DNA from: a virus
Taxonomy: Duplodnaviria > Caudoviricetes
Direction: 5' to 3' (one strand)
Virus record (IMG/VR): IMGVR_UViG_3300010155_000006
Coordinates: 1 to 63,545 of that record
Length of the DNA stretch: 63,545 nucleotides
Part shown: positions 39,866 through 49,577 of the stretch, piece by piece
Numbering within the stretch: the stretch's first letter is position 1
Layout of the letters: each line of letters starts with the position of its first letter
Notes under the pieces: model-generated
What the model was told of the DNA's origin: nothing
Seen by the model: the letters and a program-made list of their open reading frames with translations, nothing else
The model's database searches: none
Program-made: the position numbers and the translations under genes

Positions 39866-40777
39866 ATGGCTTTAGGAACTTACGGAATAAAAAGATTATC
39901 AGATGTATCTCCAGAAGATGTAGAAATATTATTACTCTACACCACATCTAGAGAAACAGTAGAAAATGCAACAATAACAACCTTAGACGCAAAAAGTGTA
40001 TTAACCCCTTATTATCACAATGCTAATACAAGTGGGAATAACGCAATTGAGTTACTGGGTGGTGTATATAATTTACGCTTACCATATAATGAGTTTAATA
40101 GTAAGGGATTTTATACTTTAATTATTAGACCTCTAGAAATTAGAACAACAATAACAGATTGTGGGGTTTTATCTTCATTACCTAATGTTAAAGGTTTAGT
40201 ATTTGATATTAATAATGTAACCGTAAGTTCTAGAAATAAATTTGTTAACAACGGTTTAGTGGGGTATAGAATTGAATATTTAAATTCTGATGGTAGTAAA
40301 ATACCTAATTTTTATAGGATTGTAACATCTTCTTTTTTCTGTGAACCCATTACACAAAATTTAACTAATAGCAATCAAAAAGCTATTAGATATCGTTATT
40401 TAAATGGGGGGAGTAATCTACTCTTTTGTACTTTAACCCCCACTTCGGCCCCCTCTAACAATCCTACCGCGTTACCCTATATTGGACAACCTACGCAGAA
40501 TGTAATAATTACTAATACTCATTTTAATCCTATAAGTATAGATATTGAAATGGTAGATTATGATATAGAAAGTTTGGGTATTGCATTATATGGTAATCAA
40601 ACCAAATCTTTAAGTGATGGAATTTATACCATTTATGATAGTGCAAATAACATTTATAAACAATATAATTTATATGAAACCAGAGACCAGTTTGGAGCCC
40701 CACTTTATGAGGTTAAACAAGACAGGGGGAATAATATAGATTTTACTAAAGCGTTTAATAATATTGCACAACAATAA
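39866..40777 (+). CDS. Putative virion structural protein
   Basis: 303 aa beta-rich ORF; TAATG coupling to the next gene. Confidence 0.55.
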   Translation: MALGTYGIKRLSDVSPEDVEILLLYTTSRETVENATITTLDAKSVLTPYYHNANTSGNNAIELLGGVYNLRLPYNEFNSKGFYTLIIRPLEIRTTITDCGVLSSLPNVKGLVFDINNVTVSSRNKFVNNGLVGYRIEYLNSDGSKIPNFYRIVTSSFFCEPITQNLTNSNQKAIRYRYLNGGSNLLFCTLTPTSAPSNNPTALPYIGQPTQNVIITNTHFNPISIDIEMVDYDIESLGIALYGNQTKSLSDGIYTIYDSANNIYKQYNLYETRDQFGAPLYEVKQDRGNNIDFTKAFNNIAQQ

Positions 40778-43700
40778 TGGCAAACGGCATTTACAATAAT
40801 AGTACACCGATTCCCGGAAATGGAGCAGATAGATTTGGGGACAAGTTAGTGGGGAACCAATTTACTGACGGCACCTCTCAATTTACCCTAGGGAATTTTG
40901 ATATGTATTCTAATGTTGCCCCAAAAGATTCCAGAGACTTTTCTTTAGGTAACTTTTCTGAGCCTATAACATTAGAAACTCTTCATATTGAAAATATTGC
41001 AGAATCTAAACTTTTTGCCAGTAATAGACTTGAAATTTTTATTAATTTTGACCGTTCTAAGGTTACTAATTTTACGTTATATGGCTCACTTAGGGAGAGA
41101 TTAAAAGTTGCGGTACATAACGTTATTAAAAAATTTCCAGCTGCAATGCTTTTCAATTCGATGCGGACATGGTCGGATTATAAAACAGGAACTACCGCTA
41201 TTAATATTGCGTATGAGCCCGACGATAATGAAACTTTTATAGATTTAAACCTTTATACTGTTTATAATCCATTTAGTTTAGAATTCACTACAGGTGATTT
41301 GTTGGTTGGAGCATCCGATAGTATTCCGATAAGAAATCTTGGTAATTCTTTTATACAATATTCTTTATATATAAATAATAAAGAATATCCCCTTACTTTT
41401 TTGGTCCCTACTACAGGAAATACAGATACGGGCTTATTACAGATTGCTGTAAAAGGAAAACCTTTTTCTGGTAATTCTCCAACCACTATATCCTCTTTTT
41501 ATATTAAACCTAATACAGTAGAAACAGAAAAAGCTTTTGATGGACTTCAAGAAGTAGAGAAATTTTTAGTAGAGAGAGCCACCACCCCAATTTATACTGC
41601 AACTTTTGACCAACCTAGAGAAACTGAAAGTGGTAAATTAATTAAATCTACCACTAGCATAACGTGGCCTACGGGAGATAAATGGAATATTCGGATAACA
41701 GGAGATTTATTTGAGACTTATTTAGATAAACTATATGAAGTAGGAGATTCATTTGATAGATACAAAACTAATTTAATTTCCAGATTTTTAACAACTGCTG
41801 CATTTAAGGAATTTGATACCTATGATGAAAAAGTAGATAAGATATTAAAAATTTATGGAAGAAGTTTTGATGAGGTTAAAAAGTATATTGACGGATTAGC
41901 CTATATGACTAATGTCACCTATGACAGTAAAAATAATATCCCCAACGAGCTTATTAAAAATTTCGCTAGAACTCTAGGATGGTCAACACCCTCAGCTATA
42001 AAAGATGAGGGATTTTTAGAATCTATATTTAAAAGAAATCCTGAGAAACAATATGCAGGAGAAGGGGAGACTCAGACACCAGCTGAATTAGATACTGAAC
42101 TATATAGACGGTTATTAATGAATACTGCCTATCTTTTTAAATCTAAGGGAACGAGACGAGGTATAGAATTTATGCTCAGATTTATTGGGGCTCCCCAAGC
42201 TTTAATTGAGTTTAATGAAAATATCTACCTAGCAGGACAACGTATTAATATGACTAAATTTAACAACCAGATGTTAAAGATTTCTGGTGGTACATATACG
42301 GAAGAAGTACCAGTTAAAAATCTCTATTTCTCCGCTATCACTAACACCTTCCCACCAATGAGCATAACAGGTTTTAGTTTTGGATATAAAACCCTTACAA
42401 AAACTACTACCGCACAACGAGACCTTTATCCTGTAGATAAAAAAGGGTATCCTGTTACACCCAAATATGGGCCAGACGCTTATTTTCAAGCAGGAGCAGG
42501 TTGGTTTGAAGAGACTATAGAACATAGAGGTAAAAGAATAATAAATTACGATAAGTCAGTATTTACGGGAAATGACCCCATTACTAAGACTAAATTAAAC
42601 CAGTTCACCTATGGTGAACCTTATTTGGATTTATATAGAAAATTTCCAGATAGTAAACTAGGATTTTCTATTGTTAGAACTCACGATAACAAAAAATCGT
42701 GGGTAACACAAGACAGTCCAGATTCTAGGTATTATGGTTTACCATTAAGAGGAACTCAGTATGAAACGGCTAAAGATAAATTAGTTATTAATGTTAAAAA
42801 TGTTGAATTATTTTTAAATGTTGGTCAAGGATTAGAGTGGGATGTGTGGAATTATTCACGGAAATATGGATGTCCATTTGGTCCACATGCTTTAAGTGCA
42901 CCTTATCCGGGTTATGGTGGTCCTGATTGGACTAAAGTTTTAATTGATGCATCAAAAGTCTCATTTTTTGAATTTGCTAATAAATTTTGGAGAGTGTTGG
43001 TGAATGTTAAAAATAGATTAACAATTGATGATGGGCATGCCGGTGGGTACCCTACATTATTAATGATTTACCTCAATTATTTAAAGAGTGACCTTACTTG
43101 CGGAACTGCTAGCAATAACTACACATATGAAAAGATGATTAAATATGTGGAAAAATTGGGGGAGTATTGGATGCGATTAATAGAACAGTTTATTCCAGCT
43201 ACCACTATTTGGACGGGAGGGGTTAAATACGAAAATTCTATTTTCCACCAAGATAAGTTTGCGTATAAACATGAACCTTTATGTGATGATACGGAATGTT
43301 TTGGGTCATTTATAACATGTTGTGCACCAATAATGAATGATATTCTGGTGGAGGCCGCGAATTCATGTGAAGGGTTGCTTTTTACGGGAGCCACATGGCA
43401 GAATCAAATAACGTTAGGGGGTCAAGAGTATACGGGAAATATCTACTATAGTAGTACTACCTTATATGATATACCGGGTACCCAGATGTGGTTAGATGAT
43501 ATGGTAACAATATTGAGTGGCATTACCCAAGATATTACAGACCCGAACCATCTTCTTAACTACTATCTTATTAATAATATAACTACTCCTAATATTCCCG
43601 GTTTAACTAATCCAAACTGTGTAATTGTCCAAGGACCATGTGGTACTGGTGAGCCCATATGTGATTGTCCTTCAGGGTATACATTTAGTGCCACTAGTGT

Positions 43701-46700
43701 GGACAGGAGTGGTTCTGTACAGGGTATTTGTTTAGGCCCTCAAGTGAGTGGAACTACCGGAACTACCACACTAACTGCTGCCACTACATGTGTTACTTAT
43801 CCTGCCGGTCAAGATGTATGGAACGCAAATAATGGTATAGACCCACATTATTTTAAATCCGAAATTTGCTTACATATGCAATCGGTACAGGTGACACCTA
43901 TCCCCAACGATACCGACATTTATGCTTTTTACGATACTTCTTCTACTCCGTTTCAGACTTCGCAAACCGCTAAACAAAGTTTGGATACATGGGTAGGGAG
44001 CAATACCTCTTATACGGGTAATCTATATCATATTCCACTTTCCGATGAAAGATGGTTGCGCTGGGCAACGATACCTAGTATGGGTGGTACATTTGAAACG
44101 CCCACTTGTTGTGGTTGGCAAAATACTACTGTTGGTGGTGGAAATGGTGGAACTTTTGCGGTTTTACCCCCCGGTACTTCCTACTCTCCCACACCCTGTA
44201 ATACCGCAGGTGCAAAAGATGGAGCGTTCTATACTTTTCCACCTAATTTATCTACTGATGTCTTAGTTCTTACTTTTATTGATGAAGCCGGGGGACTACA
44301 GAGTGTGGGGGACTACTATCACGGTGCACGGGGGTTTACCGCCGACCTAGGCCAACCGTGTAGGTTGAATACGAAGATAGGTACACCTCCAGGATGGGAA
44401 GCCATTGCTGGAATTCCTTATAGTCCCTCCAGTGATTGGGATTCTCCAAGAATTACTACAAGTGCACCCCCCTACGTCCAACCCACCCCCGCCTACACAT
44501 CGGATTTTGGTGCGTTTACCACTGCACATGCTTCTTATACTTCATTTAAGGGGTTTATGTATCCTATTATATTTTTAGACCACAATGAAAATATGATGTT
44601 TCCATTACATGTGTATGGAGCAATGTTTTCTGGAACGGTAGACCCTTCTCAGGTAATAGAAAATCCTACAGTTATTGCGGCGGGAGGATGCTTTAGTGCA
44701 ATAACCCTCACCAATCCCTATAGTGTTTTAACTGCAACCAATACACTAACGGGGTATGTGGGTGCGGGCCTTAATAATTTTGGATGGGGAGCCCAATTTG
44801 ATTTAGGGGTGAATTGCCCCACCCAATGTGGTGATTGTAGTAATCCTGATTGTTTTAGTCCCAACTGTCCTGATAATGAGTCCCCTAATCCGTGTCGAAC
44901 GGGTGACCCCTTTGGATGTGACTCGTCATTTGGGGCCCGGCAGCGTAACCTTTGTACCGACCCTTCTACTTTTTTCACTGAAGACAGATTCCAACAAGAT
45001 TTATATAATTTTTTATTAGGTGACAGTACTGTTACCATTATTGATTGTAATATCTGTTTACCTGTTTGTTCTACTGAAGAAAATTTACCCATACGTCCTT
45101 GGGATAAAGGAATACTGGTAGAATATGGAGACTTAATTTCCTTTAATGGAGTGGTATACCAATATATTGGACATATTTCCCCAACATACCCTTTTTGTCC
45201 TACGTGTTATGATACGTGGCACGAGCAGTGGGTAGTGTATGATGCCGCACCAACAGGAATTCCATTCCTAGGTGGTAATAACTTTACCGAAGGAGATAAT
45301 TGTGACGACTATCAGGAAATTGTTATACCCACCAATCCACCTATTACTGGTGAGACCATCACTACTAACCCCGTTATTTTTAAAGAGGGAATTTTTAATG
45401 TGGGAGCACAAGATTGTTTTGAATCTAAATATCGCCCATGTGAAGAATTAGTAGACCCTTGTGTCTGTCTTACTATATGGACGCCCGAGAATAGTGGTAC
45501 ACTTTATAATGTGGGTGATGTAGTATGTTGTGATTTTGATGGGGATGGCATAGGGGATATAGCTTATATCTTAAAAGATGACCCCATTAATTGTTCTCCC
45601 CCCCGAACATTTCCTGGAGGTGATAGCCCACTTTGTGAGGGATTTGTTGATGAGTGTTGGATACCTTGTGAGTCACTTGCAGCGTCAGGCACTAGAGAAA
45701 AAGTTGGGAAAGATATTATTTCCCTCCCTACTAATGACCCTACGGACCCTTGTAATCCAGATACACCAGTTTTCCCAGAGCCGGCGAAATGTGGGTGTGA
45801 ACCGACAACTATCGGTGAGGGAGGGACTACATCACAGAATATTGATTTAGACTTTTACAGTATTACCGCAGCTGAGGTTCCACCAGCAGTATTAGAATTC
45901 TATCTCGATGAAGAAGAGTCACAACCCACCATTTTATGGACCCTACCCGCCAGTACCAATACCAGCCCGATATGGAGAAAAGCTATTATGAATCCGTGTT
46001 GTCTAGCCGATATATTTAAAATTCATTTTCATCAGTATCATTACGACTACGATAATGCTCATGCATCTTATGGTCACCCTGCGAGTGGATTATATACCAC
46101 CACAGATGTTGCAGTATATGATGTAGCAATTAATGACAATACTCAAATAGAATTTTATAGGGCTATTGTTCCTAACCGTGGACCGAGATTTTATATGTAT
46201 TTTCCATGTCTTCAGACGTGTGGTATTAACTTATCTGTTGAATCTGTTTCACCTTATGATACTAGTACAGAATTCCCAACCTCTCAAACTTTAGTTTTAC
46301 AATTGGGTGGAATGGTTGGTATAACGGAGACTACCGCATTTTTCCTCCAAAAAGTTAATGATAGTACTTATCTTACTGATAATGGAACTATGAGCAATAA
46401 TACCGACCTAGGTGTGGTACCAGACAGATATTGGTATACACAACAATGGGGTGATATAGGTAATTATGGTGCATTAACTGCTCAGGAACTAGGTCGTATT
46501 CTTCCTAATACTATCCCTAACAATGTGGGAGGACATCCTTTTGAAGGATATACGTACAATATGGAAATAGAGGTAGCGTGTCAAGGAGTAGAATGTAGTT
46601 TTCTACAATTTAATGTAGTAGAACGTGAGGCGGATGTTACCAATCCGTGCCCCACCAATAGGGGAGCTTCACGAGTAGCTCAAACCGCACCTATAGTACC

Positions 46701-49572
46701 AAAAGAAGTAAACATCACAGAAACAGTAGGGGCTGGAAATGTTGTAGAATTATTCAATCTTAAAGATGTATTATATACAGTTAATCCTGATTTAAAAGCT
46801 GACGATTATACTATTGATACTACCCAATTATATCTAGTAGAAAATACTAGAACTGTTGTGGGTGTTCCTTTTAATTGGAATAAAGCCATTCCTACAATGA
46901 CCACACCTACCACGGATATCTTAGGGAAGGCTACGGTGGGTAAAATACGTACTTCTGAAACCTTTATTTCTCCTATGACTGGAAGAAAATTAGTAGCACT
47001 TTCATGGATGGATGATATTCTACAGAATAACACTAATGAAGAAGTGAAAATTAGTTTTGTAAGTAAATCCAATCAACGAACTTTCACACAATCCTTACCT
47101 TATCATTTTGTAGGTCAAGGGGCAGAACCCTTTCAAACGTATAACTCTAAAGATGTTAATGGTATTAAGACTGCTTATGCTACCTATGGAACTTTAGATA
47201 CATGGATAACACGAAGTATAGGAGATGTAGACCAATTTTACCCCAAAGAGGCCATATATACAAATGGAATCTTTGATTATTTCGTGGTAACTCCAGTAAG
47301 AACCATAGATACCACTAATTCCCAATATATTACTGGGGTAGCACCTATTGCGAATACTACAACAGATTTCATAGTTACCAACGAAGGAAGTTGGTCTAAA
47401 TTTTTGGCCACACAAAGTGGAGCAACCGTCTCCGCTGTAACTACTACTTATTCTGGATATACAAATTTAAGTGGATACACAAATCTAGAGGGGCAAGCTA
47501 ATTCCCCAGACGCGGTATTTAATCTTACTTTTAATTCTCCAAGTGTTCTCTGGAAGAATTACATTCCTTTATCAGATAGAATAAAAGCACCGTTTAATTT
47601 TATTGGGAGTAAAATAAACTATATGCCCACCATACCTCTCGATGCATTGATTCAGAAGTGTGGGCCTTTCGAGATATTACGAAATCCTGGGGAGTATTCT
47701 CGTTATGTGGTAAGTGAAGGAGGAATTTATAACTTCCAATATAAAACAAATGTGGATATTACATATAAGGATGAAGGGTGGTGTAGTTACTTACAAGCGA
47801 ATTATTGGGACTTTACAGATAATGAATATCCCTCTACCAATAAGGATTATTTTGATTTATTTAATACCAGTATTCTCCGATTAGGGGGCAATAATTTAAG
47901 TACCGAGATAGAAGGAAATGTGGCAAATGAGAAATTAAATAGAAAGAAAAGGTATGTACCTGCTTTTGGATTTAGTCCTAACACGGGATTAGAATTAGAT
48001 ATGAAGTTCACCATCAAAAGGATTCTTTCTGGAACTACTTCTGCAAGTACATTGGCAGAATACACCATTAAAAGAACAGTGGATGATGGGAAGGCAGATG
48101 CTTATATGAGTTTTGAGGTTAATCCAACGGATGAAAAGACAAGTACCTATAGTTGTTCGGGAACTTCGGCTACCACCGTAGTTTTCCATAAACAATTTAC
48201 TCCTTATTTAGATACGGGTTGTGTTAAATTAAATAAAGGAGATGTAATTGAATTAGTGGGTCACGCGAATTGGGTAAGTACCACTAAATTTCAAGGAACA
48301 GGAACCACCGCTACTACTTTATCAGTTATAATCGGAAGTGATAATCAGAATAATTATCCTTACTTTAGAGGTACCTCATGTACCAACCAAACCATAACAG
48401 AAAATAAAGAAAAGAACGAACTATTTTTATACTGGAATCCTGATGTTCCCCCATTACCCCCCACTATTGCATATGTAGATGGGCAACCTGTGGAGGGTGA
48501 TTTTAATAGTAATACAGGCACTTTAAATATGGTAACGAGTCGAGATGAAATAAATAACCCTTACTCGCCCCCCATAATTAATGCTTCCACCTTTGGTAGT
48601 CTTACATTTGTAGATATACCCACTAAAGATTACACTGGACCTTTATTTCTTATTCCCACTACAAAACAATCTAATTTATGGGTTCAGGCAATTATAGATA
48701 ATAAAATTGATGGATTTAAGGTGAATGCATTAAAAATGGTAGATATAATTGACGGGAATAGAGCAATTTGGAATACCCCCGTCCCAATCACCATTAAGGA
48801 CTTGGTTTCGTCGGATGTAGTCGAGACGAGTTTTAATCCTACAGGGGATGTTATAGGGTATGACATACCCTTAAAGAGTACAGAAACTCTTGAGCTTGAA
48901 GACCTTGCATCCCCCAATACAAGTCTGAGTCAAGGGGATGATGCGTGGAACTTTTTGAGAAGAGGGTCCATCAAAAGAAGTGGTACGGCCGATAATATAT
49001 ACAACCCGAGATATACCCTTGTTTATACAGCGGCTATTAGAATTAAAGGGACCCGGGAGACATTTAATTGGGTTGGTGCCCTTCTACCAAAAGTTAAAAC
49101 TCCTTTAAATTATGTGGTCCCCACACCAGCACCCGAGACGGAGTTTAATAATATGAGTGAACATATCAGTGTGACTTCCTCATCATTATTAGAAGACAGA
49201 ACTATAGATTTTACCCAGAACCAACTTATAATTGGTAAAAAGATTGTTAATATGACACCCGCCTCATACTCCACTACTACACCGACTACAGTGAAAGGAA
49301 GTAGTAGAGTTACTTATTGTAAGTGTGCACCAGATACATATCTCCCAATTGATGGAGATAGTGTGGCTAATTGTAAACAATGGTGCTGTGCGTTTAGACA
49401 TAACGATTATTATCCTTGTAGTGAGAAAACACCTAAACAATGGGTAAAAGAATTGGGTAGTATAGATATAGCCTCAGACGCCGATTTAATTACGGATAAA
49501 AATAAACTTAAAGGTGTAGTTAGAGACCCTGTAATAGGAACAATCAGGTGGACGCAACCCAAACTTAAATAA
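40777..49572 (+). CDS. Giant baseplate wedge/fibre protein (P2 gpI / T4 gp7-like core plus ~2000-aa adhesin-like extension)
   Basis: 2931 aa; 'LIKNFARTLGW...YRRLLMNTAYLFKSKGTRRGIEFMLRFIG' tail-protein-I motif; 'FIPATT'; Cys/Thr-rich C-terminal part. Confidence 0.65.
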   Translation: MANGIYNNSTPIPGNGADRFGDKLVGNQFTDGTSQFTLGNFDMYSNVAPKDSRDFSLGNFSEPITLETLHIENIAESKLFASNRLEIFINFDRSKVTNFTLYGSLRERLKVAVHNVIKKFPAAMLFNSMRTWSDYKTGTTAINIAYEPDDNETFIDLNLYTVYNPFSLEFTTGDLLVGASDSIPIRNLGNSFIQYSLYINNKEYPLTFLVPTTGNTDTGLLQIAVKGKPFSGNSPTTISSFYIKPNTVETEKAFDGLQEVEKFLVERATTPIYTATFDQPRETESGKLIKSTTSITWPTGDKWNIRITGDLFETYLDKLYEVGDSFDRYKTNLISRFLTTAAFKEFDTYDEKVDKILKIYGRSFDEVKKYIDGLAYMTNVTYDSKNNIPNELIKNFARTLGWSTPSAIKDEGFLESIFKRNPEKQYAGEGETQTPAELDTELYRRLLMNTAYLFKSKGTRRGIEFMLRFIGAPQALIEFNENIYLAGQRINMTKFNNQMLKISGGTYTEEVPVKNLYFSAITNTFPPMSITGFSFGYKTLTKTTTAQRDLYPVDKKGYPVTPKYGPDAYFQAGAGWFEETIEHRGKRIINYDKSVFTGNDPITKTKLNQFTYGEPYLDLYRKFPDSKLGFSIVRTHDNKKSWVTQDSPDSRYYGLPLRGTQYETAKDKLVINVKNVELFLNVGQGLEWDVWNYSRKYGCPFGPHALSAPYPGYGGPDWTKVLIDASKVSFFEFANKFWRVLVNVKNRLTIDDGHAGGYPTLLMIYLNYLKSDLTCGTASNNYTYEKMIKYVEKLGEYWMRLIEQFIPATTIWTGGVKYENSIFHQDKFAYKHEPLCDDTECFGSFITCCAPIMNDILVEAANSCEGLLFTGATWQNQITLGGQEYTGNIYYSSTTLYDIPGTQMWLDDMVTILSGITQDITDPNHLLNYYLINNITTPNIPGLTNPNCVIVQGPCGTGEPICDCPSGYTFSATSVDRSGSVQGICLGPQVSGTTGTTTLTAATTCVTYPAGQDVWNANNGIDPHYFKSEICLHMQSVQVTPIPNDTDIYAFYDTSSTPFQTSQTAKQSLDTWVGSNTSYTGNLYHIPLSDERWLRWATIPSMGGTFETPTCCGWQNTTVGGGNGGTFAVLPPGTSYSPTPCNTAGAKDGAFYTFPPNLSTDVLVLTFIDEAGGLQSVGDYYHGARGFTADLGQPCRLNTKIGTPPGWEAIAGIPYSPSSDWDSPRITTSAPPYVQPTPAYTSDFGAFTTAHASYTSFKGFMYPIIFLDHNENMMFPLHVYGAMFSGTVDPSQVIENPTVIAAGGCFSAITLTNPYSVLTATNTLTGYVGAGLNNFGWGAQFDLGVNCPTQCGDCSNPDCFSPNCPDNESPNPCRTGDPFGCDSSFGARQRNLCTDPSTFFTEDRFQQDLYNFLLGDSTVTIIDCNICLPVCSTEENLPIRPWDKGILVEYGDLISFNGVVYQYIGHISPTYPFCPTCYDTWHEQWVVYDAAPTGIPFLGGNNFTEGDNCDDYQEIVIPTNPPITGETITTNPVIFKEGIFNVGAQDCFESKYRPCEELVDPCVCLTIWTPENSGTLYNVGDVVCCDFDGDGIGDIAYILKDDPINCSPPRTFPGGDSPLCEGFVDECWIPCESLAASGTREKVGKDIISLPTNDPTDPCNPDTPVFPEPAKCGCEPTTIGEGGTTSQNIDLDFYSITAAEVPPAVLEFYLDEEESQPTILWTLPASTNTSPIWRKAIMNPCCLADIFKIHFHQYHYDYDNAHASYGHPASGLYTTTDVAVYDVAINDNTQIEFYRAIVPNRGPRFYMYFPCLQTCGINLSVESVSPYDTSTEFPTSQTLVLQLGGMVGITETTAFFLQKVNDSTYLTDNGTMSNNTDLGVVPDRYWYTQQWGDIGNYGALTAQELGRILPNTIPNNVGGHPFEGYTYNMEIEVACQGVECSFLQFNVVEREADVTNPCPTNRGASRVAQTAPIVPKEVNITETVGAGNVVELFNLKDVLYTVNPDLKADDYTIDTTQLYLVENTRTVVGVPFNWNKAIPTMTTPTTDILGKATVGKIRTSETFISPMTGRKLVALSWMDDILQNNTNEEVKISFVSKSNQRTFTQSLPYHFVGQGAEPFQTYNSKDVNGIKTAYATYGTLDTWITRSIGDVDQFYPKEAIYTNGIFDYFVVTPVRTIDTTNSQYITGVAPIANTTTDFIVTNEGSWSKFLATQSGATVSAVTTTYSGYTNLSGYTNLEGQANSPDAVFNLTFNSPSVLWKNYIPLSDRIKAPFNFIGSKINYMPTIPLDALIQKCGPFEILRNPGEYSRYVVSEGGIYNFQYKTNVDITYKDEGWCSYLQANYWDFTDNEYPSTNKDYFDLFNTSILRLGGNNLSTEIEGNVANEKLNRKKRYVPAFGFSPNTGLELDMKFTIKRILSGTTSASTLAEYTIKRTVDDGKADAYMSFEVNPTDEKTSTYSCSGTSATTVVFHKQFTPYLDTGCVKLNKGDVIELVGHANWVSTTKFQGTGTTATTLSVIIGSDNQNNYPYFRGTSCTNQTITENKEKNELFLYWNPDVPPLPPTIAYVDGQPVEGDFNSNTGTLNMVTSRDEINNPYSPPIINASTFGSLTFVDIPTKDYTGPLFLIPTTKQSNLWVQAIIDNKIDGFKVNALKMVDIIDGNRAIWNTPVPITIKDLVSSDVVETSFNPTGDVIGYDIPLKSTETLELEDLASPNTSLSQGDDAWNFLRRGSIKRSGTADNIYNPRYTLVYTAAIRIKGTRETFNWVGALLPKVKTPLNYVVPTPAPETEFNNMSEHISVTSSSLLEDRTIDFTQNQLIIGKKIVNMTPASYSTTTPTTVKGSSRVTYCKCAPDTYLPIDGDSVANCKQWCCAFRHNDYYPCSEKTPKQWVKELGSIDIASDADLITDKNKLKGVVRDPVIGTIRWTQPKLK

Positions 49573-49577
49573 AATAA

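Noticed and set aside
37304-46700. Eukaryotic or giant-virus origin of the Cys-rich proteins
   Set aside because: Genes are intronless, coupled by overlaps such as TAATG, and fused to phage baseplate motifs
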